Assembly: GCA_965240325.2 (NCBI GenBank)
Contig: OZ251236.1
Coordinates: 682,001 to 746,000, forward strand
Direction of reading: 5' to 3'
Source: Rebecca billardiae RCC1528
Lineage: Eukaryota > Protista > Haptophyta
Length of the DNA stretch: 64,000 nucleotides
Under the pieces are notes generated by a model, which saw nothing but the letters and a program-made list of their open reading frames with translations, was not told the origin of the DNA and searched no databases. A program made the position numbers and the translations under genes. Positions 1-12,158 of the stretch are shown here, in pieces; the stretch's first letter is position 1; each line of letters starts with the position of its first letter.

Positions 1-463
1 GCGTCGAGGGCTCGTAGCAGTACCCCTTCTCCGTCACCGTCAGCGAGACGATGCGCACGTCCGGGTGGGCGAGGAGCTCGAGCACCTCCGAGGGCGACTC
101 CGGGTAGACGAGGCAGCGGAGGACGCAGCCGATGAGCAGGATCCGGCCGCCCTCGACGGAGGAGCGCTCGTGGACGGTGTACAGCCCGTCCTGCGGCTCG
201 AGCTGGTCGCGGACGGTTGTCGACCGCATGGACACGCCGACCGAGCCCCACGCGTGCGCGTCGGCGCCCTCGAGCTGCTCGATCGCGCGGTGCGTGAACA
301 CGGCCTGGTGCGCGCGGTGGAACGCGCCGAGGCCGAGGTGCACGATGCCGGTACGCAGCTGCGAGCGGTCGTACGAGAGCTTGGGCAGGTTTGGCGCGTC
401 CGCAGCGCTCGCCTCGTTGAGGCGCATGGCGCGGTCGGTCGAGACGAGCGAGGGTGGGCTCAT
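1..463 (-). CDS. Mannitol dehydrogenase family (long-chain polyol DH / fructuronate reductase-like), 5' part; runs off the window start
   Basis: Manual minus-strand translation from ATG at 463: MSPPSLVSTDRAMRLNE...YDRSQLRTGIVHLGLGAFHRAHQAVFT...QDGLYTV...HPDVRIVSLTVTEKGYC. GIVHLGLGAFHRAHQA and IVSLTVTEKGY are family hallmarks. Not in the ORF track because there is no stop codon in the window. Confidence 0.92.
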   Translation of the reverse strand, partial: MSPPSLVSTDRAMRLNEASAADAPNLPKLSYDRSQLRTGIVHLGLGAFHRAHQAVFTHRAIEQLEGADAHAWGSVGVSMRSTTVRDQLEPQDGLYTVHERSSVEGGRILLIGCVLRCLVYPESPSEVLELLAHPDVRIVSLTVTEKGYCYEPST

Positions 464-1015
464 CGTGCGCGAGAGGTGCGATGCGTCCGCCTGCCGCCAG
501 CCGCCGCCGCCAGCCGGTGTGCTGACGAAACCGGGTCATCTGGACGCACGATTTTAAATGGTTCAAGCGCGCGGAAAACATTAATTGCTCGCGGCCCCAA
601 AAAGGACTTCAGACTTGGCCCCCGGACGCGCGTGGGGGGCCCGGCGGCGGGGGGGGGCGGGCCGGGGGGGGGCGGACCGATCCGGGCGTGAACGAAGGTA
701 GTCCGGGTCTCTCACCGCCGTGTGGCACAGAACCGCCGCTTTGCCGCCGCACGTCGCTTTCGCACCGCAAGTCTCTGGCAACGGGCGGCGGAGATTGTGA
801 GTCGCGAGCTACGGGAATTTACCCGAGATTCCGCCGTGCGGTGCCATTCTCCCCTGCGCTCGTAGGCGCAATTTCCGCGTGGGCGGGTGCGCCATTTCGA
901 CGGGCTTCGTTGCCGGGGCTTGTGTAATCACGCCCTTCGTCATCGAAGGCTGTGTGCGGGAGGGTCCCTAGCGTCGCGCACGTCCGTCATCCGCCCGCTT
1001 CTCTCGCCGCGAGCC

Positions 1016-2772
1016 ATGCGCCGCTCGTCGACCCTCACGCTCGCAGCCTCGGCGGTGCGCCCACGCGTGGGCGGCGTGGCTCGCCGCGCGCTCTCGACCG
1101 CGGTCAAGCGCGAGGAGCGCCTGTCGCACCTGCTCGACGATGACCTCCGCACGCTGGATCCGGAGGTGTTCGATGTGATCGAGAAGGAGAAGTGCCGCCA
1201 GCGCACGTCGCTCACGCTGATCCCGTCGGAGAACTACACCTCGTCCGCCGTGCTCGAGGCGCTCGGCTCGGTCATGCAGAACAAGTATTCGGAGGGCTAC
1301 CCGGGCGCGCGGTACTACGGAGGGAACGAGTGGATCGACGCGGCCGAGAGCATGTGCAGGAAGCGCGCGCTCGATGCGTTCGGGCTCGACCCGGAGAAGT
1401 GGGGCGTGAACGTGCAGCCGCTCTCGGGCTCGCCCGCCAACATGTACGTCTTCACCGCGTGCATGAAGCCGCACGACCGCCTGATGGGCCTCGACCTGCC
1501 GCACGGCGGCCACCTGAGCCACGGCTTTCAGACCGAGACCAAGAAGGTGAGCGCCGTGTCGATCTACTTCGAGACGTTCCCGTACCGGCTGGACGAGTCG
1601 ACCGGGCTGATCGACTACGACGCGCTGCAGACGTCGGCGGGCATCATCCGGCCAAAGCTCATCATCGCCGGCACGTCCGCGTACTCGCGCCACATCGACT
1701 ACGCGCGCATGCGCCAGATCGCCGACTCGGTCGGCGCGTACATGATGTCGGACATGGCGCACATCGCCGGGCTGGTCGCGGCGGGCGTGGTGCCCAGCCC
1801 GTTCGAGCACTCGGACGTGGTGACCACCACCACGCACAAGTCGCTCCGCGGCCCGCGCGGCTCGATGATCTTCTACCGCAAGGGCAAGCGCGGCACCAAC
1901 AAGAAGGGAGAGGACGTCATGTACAACCTCGAGGGCCCGATCAACTCGGCGGTGTTCCCGGGGCACCAGGGCGGGCCGCACAACCACACGATCACGGCGC
2001 TCGCCGTCGCGCTCAAGCAGGCCGCCTCGCCCGAGTTCGCCGAGTACCAGCGCCAGGTCATCCGCAACTCGGCCGCGCTCACCGAGTCGATGCGCAAGCT
2101 GGGCTACTCGATCGTGTCGGGCGGCACAGACAACCACCTGCTGCTCGTCGACCTCAAGCCGATGGGCATCGACGGCGCGCGCGTCGAGTCGGTGCTGGAG
2201 AGGACGTCGATCGCGCTGAACAAGAACACGGTGCCGGGCGACAAGAGCGCCTTCGTGCCGGGCGGCATCCGCATGGGCGCGCCCGCGCTCACCACGCGCG
2301 GCTTCACGGAGGTGCGGCGGCGCGCGCCGCGCCGCGCCGCGCCGCGCCGCGCGCGGCTGTGCCTCGCGGTGCTCACGCGCCCCGCCTCGCGCGCGCGGAC
2401 CCGCAGGCGGACTTTGAGACCGTCGCTAGCTTCGTCGACCGCGGCGTCAAGCTCGCGATCGAGCTCAACGCGAGCGTCGAGGGCAAGAAGCTCGCGGACT
2501 TCAAGGCTGCTCTGAACTCGAGCGAGCCGGCGGTGCGCGCTCGCGCCCGTGTCGGCGCGTGTGCGCGGGTGGCGCGCGCGCATGCGCGGCGTGCGTGCGC
2601 ACCGGCGCGCACGCGGCCTGCTTACCGCCTCGTCCTCCCCGCGCGCGCGCCCTCGCCCGTTGCCGCGTCGCAGGGCATCACCCAGCTGCGCAAGGAGGTG
2701 GAGGAGTTCTCGATGAGCTTCCCGACCGTCGGCTTCACCGAGGACAGCATGGTGTACCCGACACACGCGTGA
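1016..2772 (+). CDS. SHMT: Serine hydroxymethyltransferase, probably mitochondrial (Arg/Ser/Ala-rich presequence); 3 exons
   Basis: Motifs [50 protein letters not shown] (PLP Lys) and GGPHNH. Introns 2312-2406 and 2533-2673 (GTGCG..CAG) restore the frame to ...[12 protein letters not shown]...THA*. Confidence 0.97.
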
Positions 2773-3635
2773 GCTCAGCCGCCAGCCAGCCGTGCTCGGC
2801 CTGCCTGCCCGACCGACGCCGCGAGTGCGGCAGATGTGCCTTGAAGACTGGCTGTACTCCGCGGCGTGCCCGCCTGCACGCTGGCCTCTGCGACTGCGGT
2901 CCCGGTACGGCCATACGTCGCGTGTAAGTGCGTCTGCCTGCGCCGCTAACCTCCGGCCGTCATCGTCACTAACAGCGCTCTTGTGTCCAGTGACTATAGT
3001 GAGTTGAGGACTACTGATGATGAGATGCGCCACCGGGCCGGAGTCTGCCTGCTGCTACTGTTTCCGAAGCCGCCTGTTATTGCATGCCCTAGTTACAGGC
3101 CATACCGTACTGCTCCACCGGGTAGCCTTCACTCGGCGCCTCTACGCGCGGTGGCTGTGTGCCCTGAGGCTGAGTCGTTTCGGAGCAGCGCTGCCACGGC
3201 TGCATTGCATACTACATGTCGTACACGACTAGTTTACTAGCAGTACCTTCGGATGTGACGGACTGTCTGATGTAGCAGCAGTAGTGATGATGATGATTTA
3301 ATTGACGACTGCTACGATATATATGTGACGACGACGTGTCACGTGAAGTTAGTACCGTAGTACGGTGACAGTCTGCGGCGCCCGCCCGCGCCGCGCCGCG
3401 CCCGCCCGCGGAATCGGCCGTGCGGGGCCCGCCAGTCTTACTGCTACTCGTCAGTATAGTGCCATCACTCATCAGGCTGAACCTCGCGGGCCAGGCCTGG
3501 CGCAGCGCGGAATGCAGCAGAGTTGGCGCGCGGCGGGATTGATAATGATTATCATTATTGATGATGATGTCATGCATCATATCTATTCATCTGCTCGATG
3601 ATGTCGATGACGATGTTATATTATTGATGATACTG

Positions 3636-4173
3636 GGCTCTGGCTTCGGTTGACCCCTGCCAGAGACGGGCACTGTGAGCTCCTTCATGAAGTCACTCGT
3701 GAAAACTGCACAGGAGGACCTCAATGGATGCCTAGATGATGACTTCAGAGCGATAATCCGATATTGGGCCAACAAGCACTTCCTCTATAGTTCAGACTCT
3801 ATTTTACTATGTATTTACCCATTTCAAACTCTGGTCAGAACACGGTCCGGGAGCGATCCGGATGCACCCGTAGCTATTGGAAACATGTCACCGGACTGGG
3901 TAAATAGCTATGTCGTATGAAAATAGATCGAGTCTGAAGTAGTCCCAAACTGAGTTTCACACGGTCCTGGGCACTTATTGATGGCGGCGCCATCCATAGT
4001 AACCCTACTTGGAGCCCTGTGGGACACTTCGGGCGTTCATTCGGCGGCCGCGCGCAGGACGAATGCGACGAAGATCATCATTTTCGGTACGCCCGGGGCC
4101 GGTTTCTATGACCGGACTGGCAAGGCCGCCAGGGGTCAACTCGGCGGAGCGGGCTCCGGAGCCAGCCAGAGCC
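3636..4173. mobile_element. Possible degraded MITE (~540 bp) with split terminal inverted repeats
   Basis: GGCTCTGGCT (3636-3645) pairs with AGCCAGAGCC (4164-4173), and GTTGACCCCTG (3649-3659) with CAGGGGTCAAC (4130-4140). The interior is markedly more AT-rich than the genes. No TSD seen. Confidence 0.4.
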
Positions 4174-4340
4174 GCCACTCGGTCTCGGACGCCAGTCTGA
4201 CGACTATCGTCAGCAGTGCCGATTAGTTATGACAAGCGCCTACTCATCTGGACATCCGAGGCTGCTTCCGGCGGCGCTCACGAGTGCGCGGAGCCGCTCA
4301 TTGTCAGCACGTCGTTCAGGCGCATAACGCCGCAGGCCCA

Positions 4341-5753
4341 TCAATCAGCTCCGCCCTCGTCGACGCCAGCGGCCGCCTGGCGAGCGAGCATACGCGCCGC
4401 CTCGTCGGTCGTGGCCGGGATGATGCGCTTCACCTCGTCCAGGTCCGGCACCGTGAACGCGAACATGAACGTGTTCACCGTCGACGACGTGCGCGTCTCC
4501 GGCTGCACGACGTGCGCCGTCACCTCGACATGTATCTCGGGCGGCCGGACGACGACCCGGCGCGTGCCCTCGCTCTCCGAGCGCTTGGGTGTGGTGTACA
4601 GCACGACTGAGTCGAGCCGCAGCAGGTCGCCCACGTTGACCGGCGCGATGAAGTCGACGCGGCCCACCTCGGCGAACTGCGGCCGCGAGCCCGCGAACAG
4701 GAACGCGGTGGCGAAGCCCAGCTCGTACGCGCGGCGCATGAGCAGGCCGCCGAAGATTCGATTCTGCGTGTTGCGCTGCTGCGGCTGGCAGACGAAGGCG
4801 TTGCTCTGCCGCGTCGCGCTCATGAGCACGCCGCGCGGGTCGGCGAGCGCGGGCATCTGCAGCGCGGGGAGCGCCTCGCTGACCAGCTCCGCGGTCGCGG
4901 ACGCGTTCGCCGCCACGTTCGCGCAATCGCGGCTCGCCTCGCGACTCGCGCGCTGCTTGCGCGCGCGCTCGGCATATTGCTCAAAGGTCTGCCGCTCGTC
5001 GGGGGTACGCAGCTCGAGCGGGTTGAGCGGGGCGGCCTTGAGCGTCTTCGGGTCGCGCGCGACGAACGTGAAGTCCGCCGTCATCCACGGCTCGCGCCGC
5101 CCGTCCAGCGGCGCGTCGGAGAGCGCGCACAGCGAGATGACCATCGAGGAGCGGCCGATCCAAACAACCTTGCCCGAAATCGTCATGTCCGCCTCTGTCG
5201 TGCAATTGTGCAGGATGCGGATGCGGTCGACGGAGGCGGTGACGTGCATCAGGGTGGTCGGCGCGCGCGGCTGCGAGTGCTTGAACGCGATCGTGCCGGC
5301 GAGCGCGTCGAGGTCCTCTAGAATGCGGCCCTGTGCACGGCGCGCGCGCGCGCGCGCGTCGCCGCGCGACGCGCGAGCGCATGCAGAGCCGCGCGCTCAG
5401 ACGCGTGGGGGCACGGGGAGGCGCGCGCAGCCGAGGGCGCAGCGGGGCGCGGCGCGCACCATGCGCACGAAACCCCACGGGTTCCGGTACGACTCGGCGA
5501 GCATGAAGTTGGACGAGAAGTCGTACGTGATCGACGTGGCCGACACATCCACCGTGCGCGGCTGCGTCGGGTCGCACATGACGGCGGACGCGCGCTCCTC
5601 ACCCTCGGCCGTGCGCATGGCCCAGAGGTTGTCGACGACGGGCGAGTGGAACTTGCCCGCGACGTTGTTGCACCATCTCTCCCCGCACAACGCGCTCGCG
5701 AGGCCCCACTTCCGCCCCAATCGTGGCACCGATCGACACGACGCCGCCATCAT
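4341..5753 (-). CDS. ACOT9: Acyl-CoA thioesterase 9-like (double hot-dog fold), likely mitochondrial; 2 exons
   Basis: YRNPWGFVRM|GRILEDLDALAGTIAFKH after removing intron 5331-5459; also VTASVDRI, GKVVWIGRSSM, FVARDP, RNTQNRIFGGLLMRRAYEL and DFIAPVNVGDLL. Confidence 0.9.
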
Positions 5754-5816
5754 TGCCGATCGAAATGAGCGGCGCTCCGGCAACTCCGGGCCACGGGGGG
5801 CAGTCGGGGACCAAGG

Positions 5817-6179
5817 ATGATGGCGGCGATGCTGCCGCGTTCACAGGCGCGCACGCTCCTTCACACGTGCGCCCGCGGGCTGGCGAAGAAGGCCGCGCCC
5901 GCAGCGAAGGGCAAGGCCAACAAGTCCGCAGCGCCCTCGGAGGCGGCGCCGTCCGTGGTGCCCATCAACTACATGAAGGCTGGGGAAGACCCCCCCCTAA
6001 AGTCGCTGAGCGAATATCCGACATGGGTGCCCGCGCTCAGCCAGGTGCCTGCGTCGGAAGCCGAGCTCATGAAGAAGCACGCCTCCGGGGTCGAGCTGAG
6101 CGCGGGTGAGTTCAAACGCCTCTTCAAGCTCAGACGGAGAAACGCCATCAAGCAGCTCAACGATGAGCTGCGAAAGTGA
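5817..6179 (+). CDS. MRPL54: Mitochondrial ribosomal protein mL54
   Basis: 120 aa with a presequence-like N-terminus, the motif INYMKAGEDPPLKSLSEYPTWV and basic C-terminus KRLFKLRRRNAIKQLN. Confidence 0.85.
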   Translation: MMAAMLPRSQARTLLHTCARGLAKKAAPAAKGKANKSAAPSEAAPSVVPINYMKAGEDPPLKSLSEYPTWVPALSQVPASEAELMKKHASGVELSAGEFKRLFKLRRRNAIKQLNDELRK

Positions 6180-7302
6180 TGCACACTGGCAGGAGCCATC
6201 TGGACGCGATTGCCTGGCTTTTTCGTAAGAGACGCAGGCTGGCTCGGGTGTGGCATGAACGAGTACATGCGGCAGCCAGCGTTTGACGACCTTCAGCTTA
6301 GTGGCATCATTCGGTCGGCGGGCCCGGCGCTGGCCGACGTCAACGAGCCCGCGTGGTCCCAGGCAGGCGACTCCGTCGCTCTGACCATGCTGTGACGACA
6401 TCGGCGGAGTGCGCTACTGCTGTCGCATGGGCCAGACACGGCGATATTACAGCAGCAGCAATCGAACACTCGAGCTTCGGCTACTTGTCGCGGTCGCGTG
6501 CTGACGCGGAGTCGGCGGCCGCGGCGGCGCCGTGGCGCGACGCCGCCAGCGCATTAATGCCGCTGATGCGGCACCGCACGTCACAGCGTCACGGCGTCAT
6601 CGCCGGCCTGACTGATGAGTGCTGCTGCTCGGCTGTGCTCGGCCTCGGCAGTCGGCTGGGTCAGAAGTCAGCAGACGACTCTGCGTACGTAATAACCATG
6701 ATGCTATATATTAACTAGTAGTAGTCACCGCGGATGATGATGATCTCATGATGATCACAATTAAGTTATATATGATCCGCAGATGATAGCACTCGGCTGC
6801 TCGGATAAATAAGTACGACGGATTATCGTCAGTATATATATTGGCCGATGAGTAGTAGTGTCACGGCATCAGTGGCCCCGCCCGAAACGAATCGTCGATG
6901 TCACTCGATGACAGTCTCGATGTGACTACTTAGTGAGTGCTGAGTCGGTGCTGAGCAGCCGTGACCGTCGGACTCACTCGGAGTGGTCGTAGTTGGTCGG
7001 CGGTGCACGCGACGCGCCACCCGCGTGCGAGCCGCCGCCGCCGGCGACGCAGGATGACGCGCTTGGCTGGAGCCATCTCGCACGCCCGCGCCTGGCGTGA
7101 GCAGGCGGCCCCGGGCCGCCGGAAACGATCTCCGGCCTCGGCCGGCAGAAATGAGAAAACCCCGGACGGATGATATGACTGTTTGTCCCCGGGGACGATA
7201 CCGGGCAGCAGGCTTTCTGCACTCTTGACTCAGTCAGTCACAGTGGCAGCAGGCGCAGGCGGCAGGGCGCGCAGGCGGCAGCCCCGAATTTAATTAGTTC
7301 CG

Positions 7303-7303
<1 letters not shown>

Positions 7304-7378
<75 letters not shown>
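7304..7378. repeat. (TA)n microsatellite
   Basis: Uninterrupted TA run of about 75 bp. Confidence 0.98.
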
Positions 7379-7381
<3 letters not shown>

Positions 7382-8255
7382 GCGTTATAGGGAACCTATA
7401 ACTGAGTGTCTATGAGCGACGCCAAGAATCCGGCTCGCACGGCATTCCTGCGTTGTCCTGTGCGCACCGCCGCGCGCAGGAGTCCTGGTGCGCTGCCAAT
7501 CTGGCCCACAGCGGCGCACCCGCAGGACTCGGTTGGTTACCGCTCACATCGGATCGATCAGGCTTCGCTCTCGGGGGCGCCATGGGGCTGCTCACGACGA
7601 AGGCGCCGAGCTGGGCAAGGGAATCGCCTGCATCGAGCACTGCCGGGTGCACTCTCCGCTGCAGGAGGTGCACCGCAGTCGCGCAGCCCCTCTGCTCGGT
7701 AAGGTCGCTGGCTGTCTGTGTGGCCCGGCTCCCCGCCTGATCGTTCGGCGGCGCGACGACATCATCTACTGTCTTCGCCGCGTCGCCCCTCATGCAATAT
7801 GGTCTCCTGCTCTCGCCGCTGTCGCGTCAACCCGCACGCTTCATCGTTTGAGATACGCGCTCGCCTCGCGCCCGTGCGTCGCGCGGGTGCGGCGCACTCT
7901 GACGCGTGTCTGCTCGCCGCGCGTCGCGATCGATCGTGCGCGCGCGGCCGCGCAGTCCTCGTCTCTTCTATTTCTAAACGGGATTCATCAACGACTACTT
8001 GGACGCCCGCTCCAACTTATAAACGGGACTCGCGGGCGCCCTCTCGACCTCGGGCAGCAGCTCAACCGCCACGCCGCTGCCAGCGCCCGCTGTCGTTCGT
8101 TGCTCAAATCCCAACATAGCTAACCTGATCGTTCCATGATTGATCATTGTGGTCTGTCTATCTACTCCACGACGCCGCGCGCCGCGACCATCCAGCTCCA
8201 GAGTCCATTCGTACCCGACGCCTTGTACGAGCCGGGCATGGCGGAGTGGCTAGAC

Positions 8256-8322
<67 letters not shown>
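8256..8322. repeat. Compound (TA)n(GA)n microsatellite
   Basis: TA run directly followed by a GA run; further short TA runs to about 8394. Confidence 0.97.
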
Positions 8323-8327
<5 letters not shown>

Positions 8328-9024
8328 TATGGTCTGATGATGCCAGTAGTTCATATATATATATATATATAGCTATATCACTATATATATATATCAGCGC
8401 TACTAGCTTAGTTACTAATGGCGCACGCCCCCCCCCCCCGAAAGGTCTGACTCTGAGCGTGAGCGAAAGCCGGGGGGGGGGCGGCGCACGTGCTCCGCAA
8501 AATCAAAAAGAGGATGCGCGCAGGATTTTGGGGATTTTTCGGTAGGTGGCCACCGCGTATGAGTGGATATCGCTGCCGCAATGATTGCGTTTGTACTGCC
8601 CCTTAATTTTAACGATAGTAACACTTAGGGAAATGCAGGGTGGAATAGCACATAACACCAGCCGTGTGTTAGAACATTCCGTCATAGTAAGATGCCTGAA
8701 TTGTAAGAGCCTGAAACAGCTCGCCAACCATAGAAACGATAGGTTGGGTCGTCAGCTTTGATTCACGCGCTTCTGAAAAACAGCGTTTTAGATTAGACGC
8801 ATCCCTCTTCTCTTATAAGAGAACTGCGCTTCAAAAACACCGTTTCAACGAAAGACGATCGCCCGCCATTCAACTGAAACGAGAGCTGTTCACTCATCAG
8901 ATTCATCAAAGCGACGCGATATGGTATTGCGCGGGTAGCTTGAATCGACCTTCCCGCGCGCCCTGGTATCATACGGTTAGCAAGCTACTGTTGTTGATAT
9001 ACTTTTGGTCATCTGTTGATACGA

Positions 9025-9085
9025 CGTCAATGCGGGTGGCAATCCATTCTTGGATTGCAAGAATGGATTGCCACCCGCATTGACG
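9025..9085. repeat. Perfect 28-bp inverted repeat with a 5-nt loop
   Basis: CGTCAATGCGGGTGGCAATCCATTCTTG-gattg-CAAGAATGGATTGCCACCCGCATTGACG. Confidence 0.95.
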
Positions 9086-10780
9086 AGCCTAAAATCTCAT
9101 GAGCATAAGAATTTCTACCGCTTCAAGTACGACGAATTGATTCAAAGCCAAATGCGGGTGTGATTCGACGTTATGATCCATCTGCAATCATTATAGGAGC
9201 TCTCTGAAAATAAGACTACCAGTAGTGTCCTGACGCGTGACGATTCAGATCGCGAGGCGTCACGTTGCGCCGGCCGGCTCGCGCAAAACACGACGAGTAC
9301 GAGCCGATCGTCGCGCGCGGCCTCTGCGCGCGCGCGGCGGCGCGGCGCGCGGCCGGGCGCGGGAGCCTGGGCGGCGGCGGGCGCGCGGCGGGGCGTGTGC
9401 TGCCCGAGAGGCTGGCGCACTCGCCCAGCGCCGCCGCGCACACCGCCGCCGACCTCGCGCGCACGCCCTCCGTCGCGGCGACGACGGCGACGACGGCGGC
9501 GCGCGCGGGCGGCAGACGCTGTGCGAGCGCGCCACCGCCGACGCCGTCGCGCCGCCGCTGCCCCCGCCGCACCGTGCCGCCGTCGCAGAGGCCGCGCCGC
9601 CGTTGGTCGACGCGCGCGCACGCGTCGCCACGGCCGCCGCCGTCGAGATTCATCATTCAAGATCGGCGCGGGCGTACGCTGCGGCTCGCGCAACGCGCCG
9701 CCGCCGCCGCCGCCGCTCCCCCCGCCCCCGTCCGCCCTCCCGCCCGTCCCGCGCCTCGACGGCGCGCGCCTCCAAAATGTGTGCACCACCGTGCACCGCG
9801 CCTCGTGGCGGACGGCGCGGCGCACTGGGCCGCGGCCGTGTGGGCGATGGCGCGCGGCGCGCGACCCGACGTACGCGGCGGCGCTCGGCCGCACGCTCGA
9901 GGGGCCGCTGTGCGCGCTCGCCGCGCCGCCGCTGCCCGCCGCCGCCGCAAGCCGCAAGTCGCTCGCGCGCCGCGGCCGCGGCCGAGGCGGGACGGGCGGG
10001 AGGCGGCGCGGCTCGGCGCGCGCTGCGGAGGCGCCGCTGCTGCCGCTGCGCGCGGCGCAGCGGCTTCTCGCGTAGTGGTCGGGCGCGGCGCTGAGTGGCT
10101 GCTCTGCGCGCAGCGCGGCTGCGCACACAACGCGCGTGCGAGCTCGCGTGCACCCCCGGCGCCGCCGCCCGGCTGTCGGACTCGCCAGTGACTCGGCTGC
10201 ATTCGGCGCATGCACCCGTCCGACCGTCCGACCGTGTCGTCACAAGCCGGCTGCTGCTCACAAGCTGCGTGATTCGTGACGAAGAAAGAACGCGACAACT
10301 AGCAGCCACTATCGGGCCGTGCGCCCTCAACTTCGTTGTTTACTACCCGAAGATCGGCGTAGCCGATCATAATATATATATATATAGCTATATAGCAGAC
10401 TCATCCGCGCGCAATAAGTCAGTCGTATCACTGACTGAGGCGGCTCGGCGGTTCGGGTTCCGTCGGCGGGATGGCCCTCGGATGAGGGTGCTGCGGCTGC
10501 CCGGCGTCTATTGTCGTCCTCTTAGGTACTTAGACAATCACAGCAGCAGTTATTGATGCGTACCAATATAACCCCATATCACATATATATATATAGCTGC
10601 TATACTCCGTATATCGGTCTGATTCGCCTCCCGCCCGCGGCCGCGTTTCAGTTTGTCCGCAGGCGCCCCGCCGAGGCGGCGTCGCCTGGTAGAGCGATAG
10701 CGACAGCCCATGCGGGACGCCGGCGCGCGTCACGGCCACGCGCGCGACGCTGATTCGCTTTCTGCGCCCGCTGAGTCGGT

Positions 10781-12158
10781 TCAAGACGCAGTTGAAGGGG
10801 CGGAAGGCGGCGCCGCTGATGCATTCACTGTTGGGCTGGCGCCGCGGCTGTCGTCGAAGAGCACGACGAGAGCCGTCACGTTATCCTTGCGCCGAGCGCT
10901 CGCCAGCCCAGCGAGCGCGACGCTCACGAGCTCAGCGCTCGCCTCCTCGGGCGAGCGCCCTCGGGCGGCGCGCGCGACCACGCGCACGGCCTGCTGGTTG
11001 GACATCACGTCCCACACCCCGTCGGAGGCGAGGACGAGCAGCTCGCACTCGTCGCCCAGGGGCACGGCCACAATCTCGGGCTCGGAGATCACGCCCACCT
11101 CGGAGGCGACCGAGTCGCCAAAGGAGCGCGAGACGGCGAGCCCGGGGCTCCACTCGCCACCCTTCCACACGCGCGCGGGGCCGCAGGGCTTGCCGCCCAG
11201 CTCAAAGGCGCACACGCGCCCGCCACTGGCCTCGATGCGCGCGCGCTCCGCCTCCGCCTCAGGCTTGTGGTCCACCGTGAGCGCGCGCGCGCGCAGAGCA
11301 CCGAGCTCGGCATCGTCCGCGCCCTGGTCGGCTGTGGCCTCCGCGCTCGCGCCGCCACCGGCTGGATCGCGGTAGCCCAGCACCGTGCGCGAGTCTCCAA
11401 GGCTGCGGCACAGCGGCACAGCGGCACGCGTGAGCGCGGGCAGGGCGGCGCGCGTGCCACTCAGCGGGGGCGAGCTGGGGCGGGCGCCGCGCACGCGAGC
11501 GCGGCGCACGCGCGCACTTGGCGACGTAGAGCGTGCGCCCGACGATGAGCGCGCAGGTCGCCGTGGCGCCGCTGAAGTCCGTCTTGAAGCCGTGCTCGCC
11601 GCTCGTCAGCTCGCGCTGCGTCGCGTCGAACGCGCGGAGCAGCGCGTTCCGTGGCGCGCTCGTGAGGTCCGGCTGAGATCGCAGGTGCTTGGGCAGCGAC
11701 TCCTGCACGTACATCGCGACCTTGCGCCCGTCGTCGCCATGACCGTCGAGCACGGCGGCGAACGAGACGCCGGGGCTCCCCGCGAACGTCTCCTCCAGGA
11801 TCCACCCGTCCTGGTTCTCTCGCCGCGCGCCGGCGTCCGAAGTCACCCCTAGGCGCGTGTGCAGCTTCCCGTCTTGCGCTGCGGCCGCGGCCTTGGAGCT
11901 CTCGACTGCGAGCATATTCTTGAGGTCGGCGGCGATCCCCGCAGCTTCGAGCTGGTCAAGGCTGAGCTGCCGGCTGTGCCTGAGCGTCTGCTCACCCGTC
12001 AGCCGCGCGGGCGAGCGAACAGAGTGGCCGCCGCCTCGCACAGGCGATTCGAGCATGTCGGATGCGCGAGATCTGTCGGGCGAGTGCAAGGACGGGGACG
12101 GGCGCTCCTTTGGGACGGCGAGCTCGGAAAGCCGATCCGACTCGTCGGATGCGGCCAT
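10781..12158 (-). CDS. Protein phosphatase 2C (PPM family); 2 exons
   Basis: RRENQD, AVLDGHG, SGATAT, LYVAN|LGDSR (across intron 11403-11517), LTVDHKP, LAVSRSFGD, LVLASDGVWD and DNVTALVV. Confidence 0.95.

Noticed and set aside
4216-5820. 534-aa plus-strand ORF and similar long overlapping ORFs elsewhere
   Set aside because: Antisense or alternate-frame shadows caused by extreme GC3 bias in real genes.
7400-8130. ORFs between the microsatellites
   Set aside because: No recognisable domain and no gene-like codon bias.
9142-10330. GC-rich stretch with ORFs in several frames
   Set aside because: Low-complexity Arg/Ala/Pro translations with no motif; could be a decayed gene, but this cannot be supported.
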